Below, in pieces: positions 21,430 to 31,450 of a stretch of 64,000 nt of DNA (positions within the stretch are counted from its first letter, which is position 1; every line of letters begins with the position of its first letter). The notes under the pieces were generated by a model. It saw only the letters and a list, made by a program, of their open reading frames with translations. It did not search any database and was not told the origin of the DNA. A program made the position numbers and the translations under genes. This DNA comes from an uncultured Bacteroidales bacterium. GTDB taxonomy: Bacteria; Bacteroidota; Bacteroidia; Bacteroidales; FEN-979. Location: the NCBI GenBank assembly GCA_963768805.1, contig CAVYJI010000003.1:25765-89764 (forward strand). The letters run 5' to 3'.

Positions 21430-22644
21430 ATGATGATACCTTTTTCCCCACCCCGGATTGATCAGAAGATCATCGACGCAGTCAATGAAACCTTGCGCTC
21501 AGGTTGGATAACTACCGGTCCGAAAGCGAAACTGTTTGAAAAGAAACTCACTGCATACGGCGGCCAGAAGGCGACACTATGTATCAGCTCGGCAACCGCA
21601 GGACTGGAGTTGATGCTTCGGTGGTTCGGTGTAAAGGCGGGTGATGAGGTGATCGTCCCCGCATATACTTATGCAGCCACAGCCAATGTGGTTGAACATT
21701 GCGGCGCTAAAGTCGTTTTCGTGGATTCTGATGAAGATTTCCTCGTGTCATTGAAATCCCTGGAGCATGCTATCAACTCAAATACCAAGGTCATTATCCC
21801 CGTCGATATTGCCGGGCTCCCCTGCGACTATGATGCAATTCATGACCTTGTCACAAGCCCTGATATTCAAAAACGTTTTTATCCATCCAGCAAAGAACAG
21901 GAAACACTGAACAGGATCCTAATCCTTTCTGATGCGGCTCATTCTGTCGGGGCATGGTATAAGGGAAAAAGAACAGGTGCCCTCACAGAAATAACGGTTT
22001 TTTCTTTTCACGCCGTGAAAAATCTCACCACTGCTGAAGGAGGTGCAATATGTCTTAATTTACCTGGGTCATTTGACAATGTTGCCATTTACAACTCCCT
22101 GAATGTGAAATCCCTGCACGGCCAAACCAAAGATGCCCTCGCCAAATCGCATGCCGGAAGCTGGCGCTACGACATCATCGAACCTGGATATAAATGCAAC
22201 ATGACCGATATACAGGCTGCCATGGGGATTGTAGAGCTCGACCGTTATGATGCAGATATGCTGATGAAGAGAAAACATATCTTCGATGCATATGCAAAAG
22301 CCTTCTCTGCCTATGAGTGGGCGCAGATCCCTGTGTATGAGACAGCAGACAGGCGATCATCTTACCATGCCTTTCTGTTGAGGATAAAAGCAATTAACGA
22401 AGCACAGAGAGACGAGATCATCAGGAAGATATTCCTCCGGGAAGTATCGGTAAATGTTCATTTTGTGCCTTTGCCGATGATGACTTTCTACAAAAATACA
22501 GGGTACTCCATATCAGATTATCCTGTCGCTTTTGATAATTATTCCAGGGAGATCAGCCTTCCTGTATATTATGACCTTACAGATGAAATGGTTAAAACTG
22601 TGATAACCGCTGTTACCGGTGCAGTCGAGGAGGTCCTGGCATGA
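21430..22644 (+). CDS. DegT/DnrJ/EryC1/StrS-family PLP-dependent sugar aminotransferase
   Basis: 404 aa. It has the FSPPRIDQ start, VPAYTYAATANVV and the PLP-lysine context FSFHAVKNLTTAEGG. Confidence 0.88.
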   Translation: MMIPFSPPRIDQKIIDAVNETLRSGWITTGPKAKLFEKKLTAYGGQKATLCISSATAGLELMLRWFGVKAGDEVIVPAYTYAATANVVEHCGAKVVFVDSDEDFLVSLKSLEHAINSNTKVIIPVDIAGLPCDYDAIHDLVTSPDIQKRFYPSSKEQETLNRILILSDAAHSVGAWYKGKRTGALTEITVFSFHAVKNLTTAEGGAICLNLPGSFDNVAIYNSLNVKSLHGQTKDALAKSHAGSWRYDIIEPGYKCNMTDIQAAMGIVELDRYDADMLMKRKHIFDAYAKAFSAYEWAQIPVYETADRRSSYHAFLLRIKAINEAQRDEIIRKIFLREVSVNVHFVPLPMMTFYKNTGYSISDYPVAFDNYSREISLPVYYDLTDEMVKTVITAVTGAVEEVLA

Positions 22645-22681
22645 AAGTCTTGATGGTTGGGATGTAAATTCAAATGCAGCT

Positions 22682-23269
22682 ATGATCCGATTTTTAGATC
22701 TGCTTCTTTCCCTGATTGGCCTGATCCTGCTGCTCCCGTTTTTTCTGATCATCGGGATTGCAATTGTTATCGATTCCCGTGGAGGGATCTTTTATACGCA
22801 GGAAAGAGTAGGAAAGAATGACCGGGATTTCCGCCTTATTAAATTCAGGTCGATGTATTCCGGATCTGATAAACAAGGGGGACTCACCGTGGGGAAGCAC
22901 GACCCCAGGATAACAAATATGGGCCACTTCCTAAGAAAATACAAATTGGATGAGCTGCCGCAACTGATCAATGTATTGAAAGGTGAGATGAGCATGGTCG
23001 GGCCGCGGCCGGAGTTGCGAAAATATGTCGAGCTATATTCCGAAGATCAAAAAAAAGTCCTGGAAGTCCGACCGGGGATCACTGACGTTGCCTCTCTTGA
23101 ATACATCAATGAAAATGAACTATTGGGGACATCCCCAGATCCTGAACGAACATATATCGAACTGATTATGCCTGCCAAACTGCAACTGAACCACCAATTC
23201 CTTGAAAAGCCAGGCTTGAGAAATTATTTCCGAATTATTGGTCTTACCCTGAAGAAAATCTTTCATTGA
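22682..23269 (+). CDS. Undecaprenyl-phosphate sugar phosphotransferase (small 'bacterial sugar transferase', PglC/WbaP C-terminal type)
   Basis: The preferred ATG at 22682 gives MIRFLDLLLSLIGLILLLPFF (re-entrant helix). The hallmark motif is KLDELPQLINVLKGEMSMVGPRPE. Confidence 0.88.
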   Translation: MIRFLDLLLSLIGLILLLPFFLIIGIAIVIDSRGGIFYTQERVGKNDRDFRLIKFRSMYSGSDKQGGLTVGKHDPRITNMGHFLRKYKLDELPQLINVLKGEMSMVGPRPELRKYVELYSEDQKKVLEVRPGITDVASLEYINENELLGTSPDPERTYIELIMPAKLQLNHQFLEKPGLRNYFRIIGLTLKKIFH

Positions 23270-23294
23270 CCCGGGAAAATAAGTACCTGGTATT

Positions 23295-24173
23295 TCAGGT
23301 GTTTTTTTCTGTCAACTGAAGTAATCTTTCAAGATCCTCTATTTTATCAGGATACCCAAGCTGGGTATAACTGTAGATGAGGTTCCCGATAAGTCTTTTT
23401 ATAATATCGATGTTGGAGCAGGGTGTAAAATAGGACTGGTCGGGAGTTATCTTCAATTGATGAATAAACAGGTCAATCTCTCTTTTTGAAAAGATTGTTC
23501 CTTTGTTGAAAGGGTTTATATAGAAGAGGACATCATCCATTGTAGGTAACCCAGGTGAGAGTTCTGAAGTGTAAGCCAGGATAAAATGCTGGGGGAGGTT
23601 AACGCCATAAACCGGGATATTCAGTTTCTGGGCGATGATAATGTAAAGCATGCCAAGCGAAAGTGCACTTCCTTTATGCGATTCCAGCAACGTGTTCAGG
23701 TATAAATTCTGCGGGGCAAAAAGGTTTATCTTGTTTCCGTCTAAATTATGAACATGATAAATGATGTGGTTGAGGACCTTGATATTCTCAAGGGCTGTAA
23801 GATTATCATTTAATTCGAGCCAGGCATCCATTCTTATTTGCTCTACCTTGATGGTCATGGTCTCTTCGTTGAGCTCGGGATACTGGGTCCGGGTTACCAA
23901 AAGGTAACCTTTCAGCAGGTCTGAAGAGGAGGTTTTCATCCAATTCGTGAATTCAGCATAAAGTTCTCCCTGTTGAATATCACGGATAATCTCTCCAGCA
24001 CGATCCTGGATAAAGGTATCAAAAGAACCTTCCAGTGCCTTTTCAAGATAAGGGATGGCTTCTTTACCGAAAGAATGAATCTTATCGCGGATCGTATCAA
24101 AGATCTTTTCATCCGGTTCATCGAGCAGGTGAACCAGTGCATTCAGTTCCTTATTTTCAAGAGTAGCTACCAT
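23295..24173 (-). CDS. Transglutaminase-like/SirB1-family protein with TPR-like C-terminus
   Basis: 292 aa. The segment ALSLGMLYIIIAQKLNIPVYGVNLPQHFILAY resembles the SirB1/UPF0162 family. The call comes from motif memory only. Confidence 0.55.
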   Translation of the reverse strand: MVATLENKELNALVHLLDEPDEKIFDTIRDKIHSFGKEAIPYLEKALEGSFDTFIQDRAGEIIRDIQQGELYAEFTNWMKTSSSDLLKGYLLVTRTQYPELNEETMTIKVEQIRMDAWLELNDNLTALENIKVLNHIIYHVHNLDGNKINLFAPQNLYLNTLLESHKGSALSLGMLYIIIAQKLNIPVYGVNLPQHFILAYTSELSPGLPTMDDVLFYINPFNKGTIFSKREIDLFIHQLKITPDQSYFTPCSNIDIIKRLIGNLIYSYTQLGYPDKIEDLERLLQLTEKNT

Positions 24174-24299
24174 TTTAAATTTCTCTCATCACGGACATTG
24201 AATGGTAATTTTTTTTTACAGGAGCCAACATGCTTAATTTCATCAAAATTACTAATAATATCGTCTTATGGGATAAATGATGCGCTGAATGATTTTCTT

Positions 24300-24307
24300 T
24301 AATTTTG
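24300..24307 (+). promoter_or_regulatory. '-7' box TAATTTTG immediately upstream of cinA
   Basis: Exact TAnnTTTG match ending 4 nt before the ATG at 24312. Confidence 0.4.
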
Positions 24308-24311
24308 CGAA

Positions 24312-25571
24312 ATGCAAACAGAAATTATCAACATCGGTGATGAATTGCTGATCGGACAGGTTATTAACACCAATGCTTCCTGGATGTCAGATCATCTTGG
24401 CCTGGCAGGATTTCCTGTTCACAGGGTTACCGTGATCCCGGATGATCCGCAGCAAATCATTGACGCTCTGAGGGAGGCGGGACAAAGATCAGAAGTGGTG
24501 CTCCTGACAGGCGGACTTGGTCCCACAAAGGATGATCTCACAAAAGAAACGCTCTGCAAATATTTCAGGACAAGACTGATCTTTGATCCTGCAACATTTA
24601 AGAACATAGAGAAGCTATTCAAATCAAAGGGTTTCAGTATGACAGTGATCAACCGTAAACAGGCGGAGATACCTGAAAGCTGTTTCCCAATTCCGAATGA
24701 AAACGGGACTGCCCCCGGAATGTGGTTTGAAGAAAAATCAGAGGGAACCGGCAAAAAGCATGTTTTCATTGCCATGCCCGGAGTGCCTTTCGAAATGAAA
24801 GCAATGCTAATTAATGGTGTGATTCCAAGGCTTAAACAGTATTTTAAACCTGTTGTGGTTCTGCATCGCACCATTATGACCCAGGGACTGGGTGAGTCTT
24901 TTTTATCTGATCGCCTGGAAAGCTGGGAAACCCGGCTTCCGGCAAATCTTCACCTGGCTTATCTGCCCCAGCCCGGAATTGTAAGGCTAAGACTTACCGG
25001 AAAAGGTGAGAATGACCATCAGCTTCAAATCCAGATGAATGAGGAAATCGACAAAATGAAGTCCCTCATACAGGATTATATTTTTGGAGAAGGTGATGAC
25101 ACCCTTGAAGCAGTGGTCGGGAAGCTTCTGAAAGAGAAGAATCACACCCTTTCAACTGCAGAGAGCTGCACTGGTGGATATATTGCACATCTGATCACAA
25201 GCGTACCGGGAAGTTCAGCTTATTATATCGGAAGTATTATCGCCTATTCGAACGAGATCAAAGTGAAAGAATTGGGCGTAGGTGACAAGATCCTTGAGAA
25301 ATATGGCGCCGTGAGTGAAGAGGTGGTCAGGCAAATGGCCGTGAATGTCAAGGACCGGTTTCACAGTGATTACTCCATCGCCGTTTCCGGGATTGCCGGT
25401 CCTGATGGAGGAACAAAGGAAAAGCCTGTAGGATTGGTCTGGATAGCAATTGCAGGACCCTCAGGGGTTCAGGCAAGTAAATATCTTTTCGGCGATGATC
25501 GCGAGCGCAATATAAGGCGTGCTGCTTTGCAGGCGCTTAACCTTTTGAGAAAAACCATCCTGGGTATTTAG
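24312..25571 (+). CDS. cinA: Competence/damage-inducible protein CinA (MoCF-binding domain plus PncC nicotinamide-nucleotide amidohydrolase domain)
   Basis: 419 aa. It has the N-terminal IINIGDELLIGQVINTN, TGGLGPTKDDLT and the C-terminal AESCTGG...SGIAGPDGG. Confidence 0.92.
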   Translation: MQTEIINIGDELLIGQVINTNASWMSDHLGLAGFPVHRVTVIPDDPQQIIDALREAGQRSEVVLLTGGLGPTKDDLTKETLCKYFRTRLIFDPATFKNIEKLFKSKGFSMTVINRKQAEIPESCFPIPNENGTAPGMWFEEKSEGTGKKHVFIAMPGVPFEMKAMLINGVIPRLKQYFKPVVVLHRTIMTQGLGESFLSDRLESWETRLPANLHLAYLPQPGIVRLRLTGKGENDHQLQIQMNEEIDKMKSLIQDYIFGEGDDTLEAVVGKLLKEKNHTLSTAESCTGGYIAHLITSVPGSSAYYIGSIIAYSNEIKVKELGVGDKILEKYGAVSEEVVRQMAVNVKDRFHSDYSIAVSGIAGPDGGTKEKPVGLVWIAIAGPSGVQASKYLFGDDRERNIRRAALQALNLLRKTILGI

Positions 25572-25698
25572 ACGATTGGATTCCCCCTGGTTTGCTTCTT
25601 TGACAGTTCGTTAAAGGAAAAATACTTTTCCCTTTGTAAATTCAAATATTTTAACGAATTTTGCACACCGATTTAAAAAGCATTATAATTATCACACT

Positions 25699-25938
25699 AT
25701 GTCAAGAGTTTGCCAAATAACCGGTAAGGCAGCAATGGGAGGGAACAGTGTTTCCCATTCTAATATCAAAACGAAGAGAAAATTTAATCCCAATCTGCAA
25801 ACGAAGAGATTTTATATCCCTGAAGAAGGTAAGTTCATTACTTTAAAGGTATCAACCGCGGGAATCCGCACCATAAATAAGAAAGGGATCTCTGTTGCTT
25901 TGAAAGAAGCACGCGAAAAAGGTTATCTTAAGAAATAA
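25699..25938 (+). CDS. rpmB: 50S ribosomal protein L28
   Basis: 79 aa. The sequence [34 protein letters not shown] is the L28 signature. Confidence 0.95.
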   Translation: MSRVCQITGKAAMGGNSVSHSNIKTKRKFNPNLQTKRFYIPEEGKFITLKVSTAGIRTINKKGISVALKEAREKGYLKK

Positions 25939-25960
25939 CCGGATTATCCACGATACCAAA

Positions 25961-25992
25961 TGCTGTCACTAGACGTGACAGCATTTTTTTTT
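25961..25992 (+). terminator. Rho-independent terminator after rpmB
   Basis: TGCTGTCAC-TAGAC-GTGACAGCA followed by T9. Confidence 0.85.
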
Positions 25993-26076
25993 ATCATTTG
26001 GAAAGGAAATAAAAACTGCTTATTTTCGTTCATTTATGCGTTATATCAAAGAGTTCTCCCCTGAAATTCCCATTAG

Positions 26077-26739
26077 ATGAAGAAACCATCTCCACAAATC
26101 CTGACTTTAATCCTTTTACTTCTTTTCCCAATACTTGTGAATTCACAGGAAAACAACGAAAACCTCGTACAATTTTCGGGTATAACCATCACCACCGACA
26201 GTCTTAATGCTGTTCCTTATACCAAAATAACAATTAAAAACACGAACCGTGGAACAACCAGTGATTTAATGGGTTATTTTTCTTTCGTTGCGCATAAACG
26301 AGATACCATCCTGTTCAACGCCCTTGGGTTCAAGCCAGCTTCATTCATCATTCCCGATACTATCACAAAATTTAGGTACTCACTTATCCAGATGATGACC
26401 GGTGACACACTCACTCTCCCTGTAGCAGTCATTTTTCCATGGCCGACGCTGGAAGATTTCAAGCGTGCTTTTATCAACACAAAGGTTCCCGATGACGACC
26501 TTGACCGTGCGCGAAAAAACCTGGATCCGGAACAGCTTATGATCAGGGTGAGGGATTATCCGATGGATGCTAGCATGAATTACAATAATTATATCGAGAA
26601 CCAAACCAGCAAATTATATTATTTCGGACAGCAACAGCCATTTAATATTTTCAACCCGTTTGCCTGGGCGAAGTTTATCAAAGCCTGGAAGGATGGTGAA
26701 TTCAAAAGGAAAAAACCTAAACCGACTTCCAACGAGTAA
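26077..26739 (+). CDS. Carboxypeptidase-regulatory-like domain protein with signal peptide
   Basis: 220 aa. It has a signal peptide (LTLILLLLFPILVNSQ) and a CarbopepD_reg-like segment (VQFSGITITTDSLNAVPYTKITIKNTNRGTTSDLMGYFSF). It lies directly upstream of a TonB-dependent receptor. Confidence 0.7.
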   Translation: MKKPSPQILTLILLLLFPILVNSQENNENLVQFSGITITTDSLNAVPYTKITIKNTNRGTTSDLMGYFSFVAHKRDTILFNALGFKPASFIIPDTITKFRYSLIQMMTGDTLTLPVAVIFPWPTLEDFKRAFINTKVPDDDLDRARKNLDPEQLMIRVRDYPMDASMNYNNYIENQTSKLYYFGQQQPFNIFNPFAWAKFIKAWKDGEFKRKKPKPTSNE

Positions 26740-26747
26740 TCCATCAT

Positions 26748-29180
26748 TTGAGAAAGATCCTGATACATATCCTTACATGCATTTTATGGCTGGCAACGAT
26801 GAGTGTCTCAGCCCAGCAAACTGCTGTGATCTTTGGACATGTGACCGATACAGGCCAGCAAGGCATCATGAATGCCAATATCACGATTGCCGGGTTACCC
26901 GGGGGGACAACCACTGATAAGCAGGGAAATTTTGAGTTACAGGTCCCCTCAGGGAAGAAAATCACAGTAGTGATCACTTTCGTGGGCTTCGAAACGAGTT
27001 CTATCGATCTTGTTTTACAACCAGGCGAGCGAAAAGAGATCCGTCAAACCCTGGTCCCGGCATCCACAGCATTGCCTTCTATTGACGTGAAGGACAGGCA
27101 AATCAGAACCAATACCTTCAACAGGATCGATATAAAAACCATTACTCTCATCCCTTCTGCCAATGCCGATATCGAAGACCTGATCAAAACCATGCCGGGT
27201 GTCTCGTCACACAATGAATTGAGCTCAACTTATTCAGTCAGGGGCGGGAACTATGATGAAAACCTTGTTTTTATAGACGATATCGAGATCTATCGCCCTT
27301 TTCTGGTCAGGATGGGACAACAGGAAGGGTTGAGTGTCCTGAACCCGGATCTCGTATCATCAGTCTTATTTTCAGCCGGAGGTTTTGATGCCCGTTATGG
27401 AGATAAAATGTCATCAGTCCTTGATATCCATTATAAACGTCCTTTATCTTTTGCCGGGTCATTCGACGTCAGCCTGCTGGGTGCAAATGCCCACCTTGAA
27501 GGCACGATCACAAAAAAGTTCACTTATCTCCTTGGGGCACGGTATAAATCGAATTCCTATTTCCTGAAAGGATTGGATACCAAAGGCGATTACAAACCAA
27601 AATATTATGATTTCCAGGCCCTTCTCGACTATCAGATCAATAAAAAATGGGACATCTCAGCATTTGGGATCTATTCAAACAACTCGTACAAACTGATCCC
27701 TCAGACCCAGCAAACCAATTTCGGTTCTATTGGTGATGTTTACCAGTTTACTGTCTATTTTGATGGACAAGAGGTTGACACTTACCAGAACTGGCTTGGT
27801 GCGGTGACAGCAACCTATAAGCCAAACCAGGATCTTAGGCTGAAATTCACTGCTTCTGCCTATCAGACCTTTGAAGACGAGACTTATGATATTTCAGCCC
27901 AGTACTGGATCAGCCAGGTTGAATCCAATCCGGCCACCAGCAGTTTAGGACAGGTTACCCAGGCGCTGGGGGTCGGCACTTACCTCGATCATGCAAGGAA
28001 TTATTTTGATGGCACTGTATTCAACCTTGAACACAGGGGGACTTATGAAAATAACAATAGCCTGATGGTCTGGGGTTTTAAATACCAGCATGAGATCTTT
28101 CATTATGAACTTAATGAATGGCAGATGCAGGATTCAGCCGGGTATTCGCTGCCACGTCCTGGTGATTCAATCGGGTCACAAAACCCGCCTCACAATCCAT
28201 TCCAGCTTTATTACGCGGTCAACAACCAAAGCCAGGAAGAATCAAACCGTTACTCGGCATTTATTCAGGATACATGGACATTTAAAAATGAAAAGAATGA
28301 TATATCCCTGACAGCGGGGTTACGTCCGATGTACTGGGATTATAATCAGCAATTCCTGGTTGATCCCAGGATCAATATTTCCTTCGCCCCGCACTGGAAC
28401 AGGCAGGTTGTTTTTCGTCTTGCAGGCGGATACTATTCTCAGCCGCCTTCATTTCGCGAACTCATTAACCTGGAAGGTAATATTGTACCAGGCTTGAAAG
28501 CGCAGCGGGCACTTCAGGTCGTAGCTGGCAGTGACCTTTATTTCAAAGCATGGGAAAGACCTTTTAAGTTCACGGGAGAAGCATATTACAAGTACATCAA
28601 TAACCTTATTCCATACACTATCGACAACCTGAAGATCAACTATTACGGAACAAATAATGCATTCGGATATGCTACAGGTGTTGATTTCCGTGTGAACGGT
28701 GAATTTGTTAAAGGGGTCGAGAGCTGGGCCAGTCTGTCATTCATGAAAACTGAAGAAGATATAGGCGGCACATGGGTCCCAAGGCCTACCGACCAGCGTG
28801 TGAATCTCAGCATCTTCTTCCAGGATTATATTCCACACTATCCTTCCTGGAGAGTGAACCTTACGCTTTTTTATGGTACCGGACTTCCTTTCGGGGCGCC
28901 GAACACACCCCTGACACAGCAGACTCTTCGCATGCCTCCATACAGGAGGGTGGATATCGGTTTATCAAAACAGATTATCGGAGAACATACCAGGTTTTCA
29001 GGAAAGAATCCTTTTCGTGTCTTCCATTCGATGTGGATCTCACTGGAAGTATTCAATCTGTTGCAGATCAGCAATACTGTCTCTTACTTGTGGATCACGG
29101 ATATTAATAACCAACAATATGCCGTGCCGAATTACCTTACTCCACGGCAATTCAACGTGAAATTACAGACAACATTCTAA
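26748..29180 (+). CDS. TonB-dependent receptor with N-terminal carboxypeptidase-regulatory-like domain
   Basis: 810 aa. It has a signal peptide, a CarbopepD_reg segment (IFGHVTDTGQQGIMNANITIAG), a plug motif (DLIKTMPGVSS...YSVRGGNYDENLVFIDDIEIY) and a C-terminal aromatic residue (..LQTTF). The start is a TTG, so the 5' end is uncertain. Confidence 0.88.
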   Translation: MRKILIHILTCILWLATMSVSAQQTAVIFGHVTDTGQQGIMNANITIAGLPGGTTTDKQGNFELQVPSGKKITVVITFVGFETSSIDLVLQPGERKEIRQTLVPASTALPSIDVKDRQIRTNTFNRIDIKTITLIPSANADIEDLIKTMPGVSSHNELSSTYSVRGGNYDENLVFIDDIEIYRPFLVRMGQQEGLSVLNPDLVSSVLFSAGGFDARYGDKMSSVLDIHYKRPLSFAGSFDVSLLGANAHLEGTITKKFTYLLGARYKSNSYFLKGLDTKGDYKPKYYDFQALLDYQINKKWDISAFGIYSNNSYKLIPQTQQTNFGSIGDVYQFTVYFDGQEVDTYQNWLGAVTATYKPNQDLRLKFTASAYQTFEDETYDISAQYWISQVESNPATSSLGQVTQALGVGTYLDHARNYFDGTVFNLEHRGTYENNNSLMVWGFKYQHEIFHYELNEWQMQDSAGYSLPRPGDSIGSQNPPHNPFQLYYAVNNQSQEESNRYSAFIQDTWTFKNEKNDISLTAGLRPMYWDYNQQFLVDPRINISFAPHWNRQVVFRLAGGYYSQPPSFRELINLEGNIVPGLKAQRALQVVAGSDLYFKAWERPFKFTGEAYYKYINNLIPYTIDNLKINYYGTNNAFGYATGVDFRVNGEFVKGVESWASLSFMKTEEDIGGTWVPRPTDQRVNLSIFFQDYIPHYPSWRVNLTLFYGTGLPFGAPNTPLTQQTLRMPPYRRVDIGLSKQIIGEHTRFSGKNPFRVFHSMWISLEVFNLLQISNTVSYLWITDINNQQYAVPNYLTPRQFNVKLQTTF

Positions 29181-29219
29181 AAAAAAAGGAGGGTTTCTCG
29201 CGAAACCCTCCTTTTTTTT
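29181..29219. terminator. Bidirectional rho-independent terminator between the convergent TonB-dependent receptor gene and rocD
   Basis: A7, then GGAGGGTTTC-TCGC-GAAACCCTCC, then T8. It is symmetric, so it can serve both strands. Confidence 0.9.
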
Positions 29220-29227
29220 GTAATGAT

Positions 29228-30451
29228 TTATTCGAATGATTTAAGTGAAATCCTGATGATCTCAACTGCTTCTTTTACCTGTGCTTCATTAATAACGAGT
29301 GGTGGTGCAAAGCGGATGATGTGGTCATGGGTAGGCTTTGCAAGAAGTCCGTTGTCTCTCATTTTGAGACAAACATCCCAGGCGAACTTTCCATTCATAG
29401 GTCTGATGACTACAGCGTTAAGCAATCCTTTACCCCTGACAAGTTCTACCATGGGTGATTGAATCTTTTTCAGTTCTTCCCTGAAAATAACACCCATGTT
29501 ATGAGCATTATCTGCCAGTTTTTCATCCCTTATGACTTCCAGGGCTGCTATAGCTACACGGCTGGCAACAGGGTTACCTCCAAAGGTCGATCCATGTTCG
29601 CCCGGTTTGATCACCAGCATAATGTCATCATCGGCAAGCACGGCAGATATCGGGTATACCCCACCTGACAAAGCTTTGCCAAGGATCAGTACGTCGGGGC
29701 GGACACCTTCCCAATCACAGGCCAGTAGTTTGCCTGTTCTGCCAATCCCCGTCTGGACCTCATCGGCAATGAATAAGACATTCTTAGCCTTACACATTTC
29801 CCAGGCCTTTTTCAGGTAACCTTCATCCGGAACAAATACTCCTGCTTCTCCCTGGATCGGTTCGACAAGAAATCCGGCAATATTTGGATCTTCAAGTGCT
29901 TTTTCCAGCGCTTTCAGGTCATTATATGGGATCGGGATAAACCCGGGCGTGAAAGGACCGTAGTCATCCCTTGCCTGGGGATCGTTTGACATGGAGATAA
30001 CCGAAATGGTCCGGCCATGGAAGTTGTTTTCACAGCAGATGATCTTTGCCTGGTTTTCAGGGACGCCTTTTACCTTGTAAGCCCACTTGCGGGTCAGTTT
30101 CAGTGCCGTTTCATCACCTTCAGCGCCTGTGTTCATCGGGAGAATCCGCTGGTAGCCGAAATATTCTGTGACAAACTTCTCATATACACCGAGGACATTA
30201 TTATAAAAAGCCCTGGATGTAAGTTCGAGGGTTCCTGCCTGGTCTATCATCGCCTGGATGATCTTTGGATGGCAATGACCTTGGTTTACAGCTGAATAAG
30301 CAGATAAGAAGTCGAAATATCTCTTGCCTTCCACATCCCACATAAAAATCCCCTGCCCTTTTGCAAGAACAACGGGCAACGGATGATAATTGTGCGCCCC
30401 ATACCTGTCCTCCAGGTCAATTGCCATCTGGGAGGTCCTGATATCGTTCAT
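29228..30451 (-). CDS. rocD: Ornithine--oxo-acid aminotransferase
   Basis: 407 aa class-III aminotransferase. The segments [45 protein letters not shown] and [12 protein letters not shown] are close to known ornithine aminotransferases. Confidence 0.9.
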   Translation of the reverse strand: MNDIRTSQMAIDLEDRYGAHNYHPLPVVLAKGQGIFMWDVEGKRYFDFLSAYSAVNQGHCHPKIIQAMIDQAGTLELTSRAFYNNVLGVYEKFVTEYFGYQRILPMNTGAEGDETALKLTRKWAYKVKGVPENQAKIICCENNFHGRTISVISMSNDPQARDDYGPFTPGFIPIPYNDLKALEKALEDPNIAGFLVEPIQGEAGVFVPDEGYLKKAWEMCKAKNVLFIADEVQTGIGRTGKLLACDWEGVRPDVLILGKALSGGVYPISAVLADDDIMLVIKPGEHGSTFGGNPVASRVAIAALEVIRDEKLADNAHNMGVIFREELKKIQSPMVELVRGKGLLNAVVIRPMNGKFAWDVCLKMRDNGLLAKPTHDHIIRFAPPLVINEAQVKEAVEIIRISLKSFE

Positions 30452-30467
30452 AAGAATCCTGGTAGTA

Positions 30468-31418
30468 TTATTTTATGACAATAAAGGTTCCCGAGTTAAG
30501 AAGCTTTGAACCTTCAATCAACTTATAATAATAGGTCCCGTTACTAAGGTCCATGATTTCGATCTGTCTTTGGTTGCCATTCATAGGTAACTGGCGGATC
30601 AGTTTTGCCTGGGTGTTATAAATTTCAAAATACCCATTTTCAATGTTTCTGCTTGTCTCTATTTTTAAATATTGGGAAGCAGGGTTCGGAGAAAGTTTTA
30701 CACTCACAGATGGCATGAGCAGAATTGGAAAGCCATTTACATCGGTAATGCTGACATCATCAAAGAGGGCCTGACTCCCAACCTGCCCAACGCTGCCAAA
30801 CATATTGGATGCATTGAAACCGGCACAAGATAAAAACATCATTGTAAGGGAATCTGGTGCTGTTGATTGATCGAAGTAAGTAACAGCAGTATCAAATTTA
30901 GTCCACGTAGTGACCGTACCATGAAACACAAGACGGTTATAAGCAAGGGTGTCACGATGGTGAGATGTTTTATTCCATTTGGATAGAAGGATTACTGCAC
31001 TAGATGAGTCGCCGCTCAGGGGAAATGATTGGTAATAACCTGAAAATCTTACCGGTTTGGTTGAGCCATAAGGATAAGGGATCCCCAGTATCGCCTCTTC
31101 TTCTGCCCATCTGATCCCAATCGTTCCAATCACTCCTGGTATAACAATACTCAGCTGACCCAAAGCAATATGGCCGGTCCTGAGCCTTGCTGAATAGTTT
31201 CCGCTGTGGGCAGTATCACAGGGATAGACGGTTATCCCTGACGGGGTTGGGATCGTGTCGAGGATATTCAGTGTTGAGAAAATACTGCTGTCCGGCTCAT
31301 AGTAATGATGATTGGTAATATATTTCCAAGACTCGAAGGTGCCCCCACGAGGATTCTGACCCTGACTGTAAGCAGTAATGCAAAAAACGAGAACTGTGAT
31401 TGAGATGATTTTTTTCAT
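30468..31418 (-). CDS. Secreted protein with a possible PCMD-like N-terminal domain and a T9SS type A C-terminal sorting domain
   Basis: 316 aa with a signal peptide. The C-terminal ~80 aa ([14 protein letters not shown]...[11 protein letters not shown]...[10 protein letters not shown]...GTFIVIK) match the T9SS CTD pattern. The N-terminal call is tentative. Confidence 0.7.
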   Translation of the reverse strand: MKKIISITVLVFCITAYSQGQNPRGGTFESWKYITNHHYYEPDSSIFSTLNILDTIPTPSGITVYPCDTAHSGNYSARLRTGHIALGQLSIVIPGVIGTIGIRWAEEEAILGIPYPYGSTKPVRFSGYYQSFPLSGDSSSAVILLSKWNKTSHHRDTLAYNRLVFHGTVTTWTKFDTAVTYFDQSTAPDSLTMMFLSCAGFNASNMFGSVGQVGSQALFDDVSITDVNGFPILLMPSVSVKLSPNPASQYLKIETSRNIENGYFEIYNTQAKLIRQLPMNGNQRQIEIMDLSNGTYYYKLIEGSKLLNSGTFIVIK

Positions 31419-31450
31419 GATAGTGCTTAGGTTTTTAATGATGAATAAGA

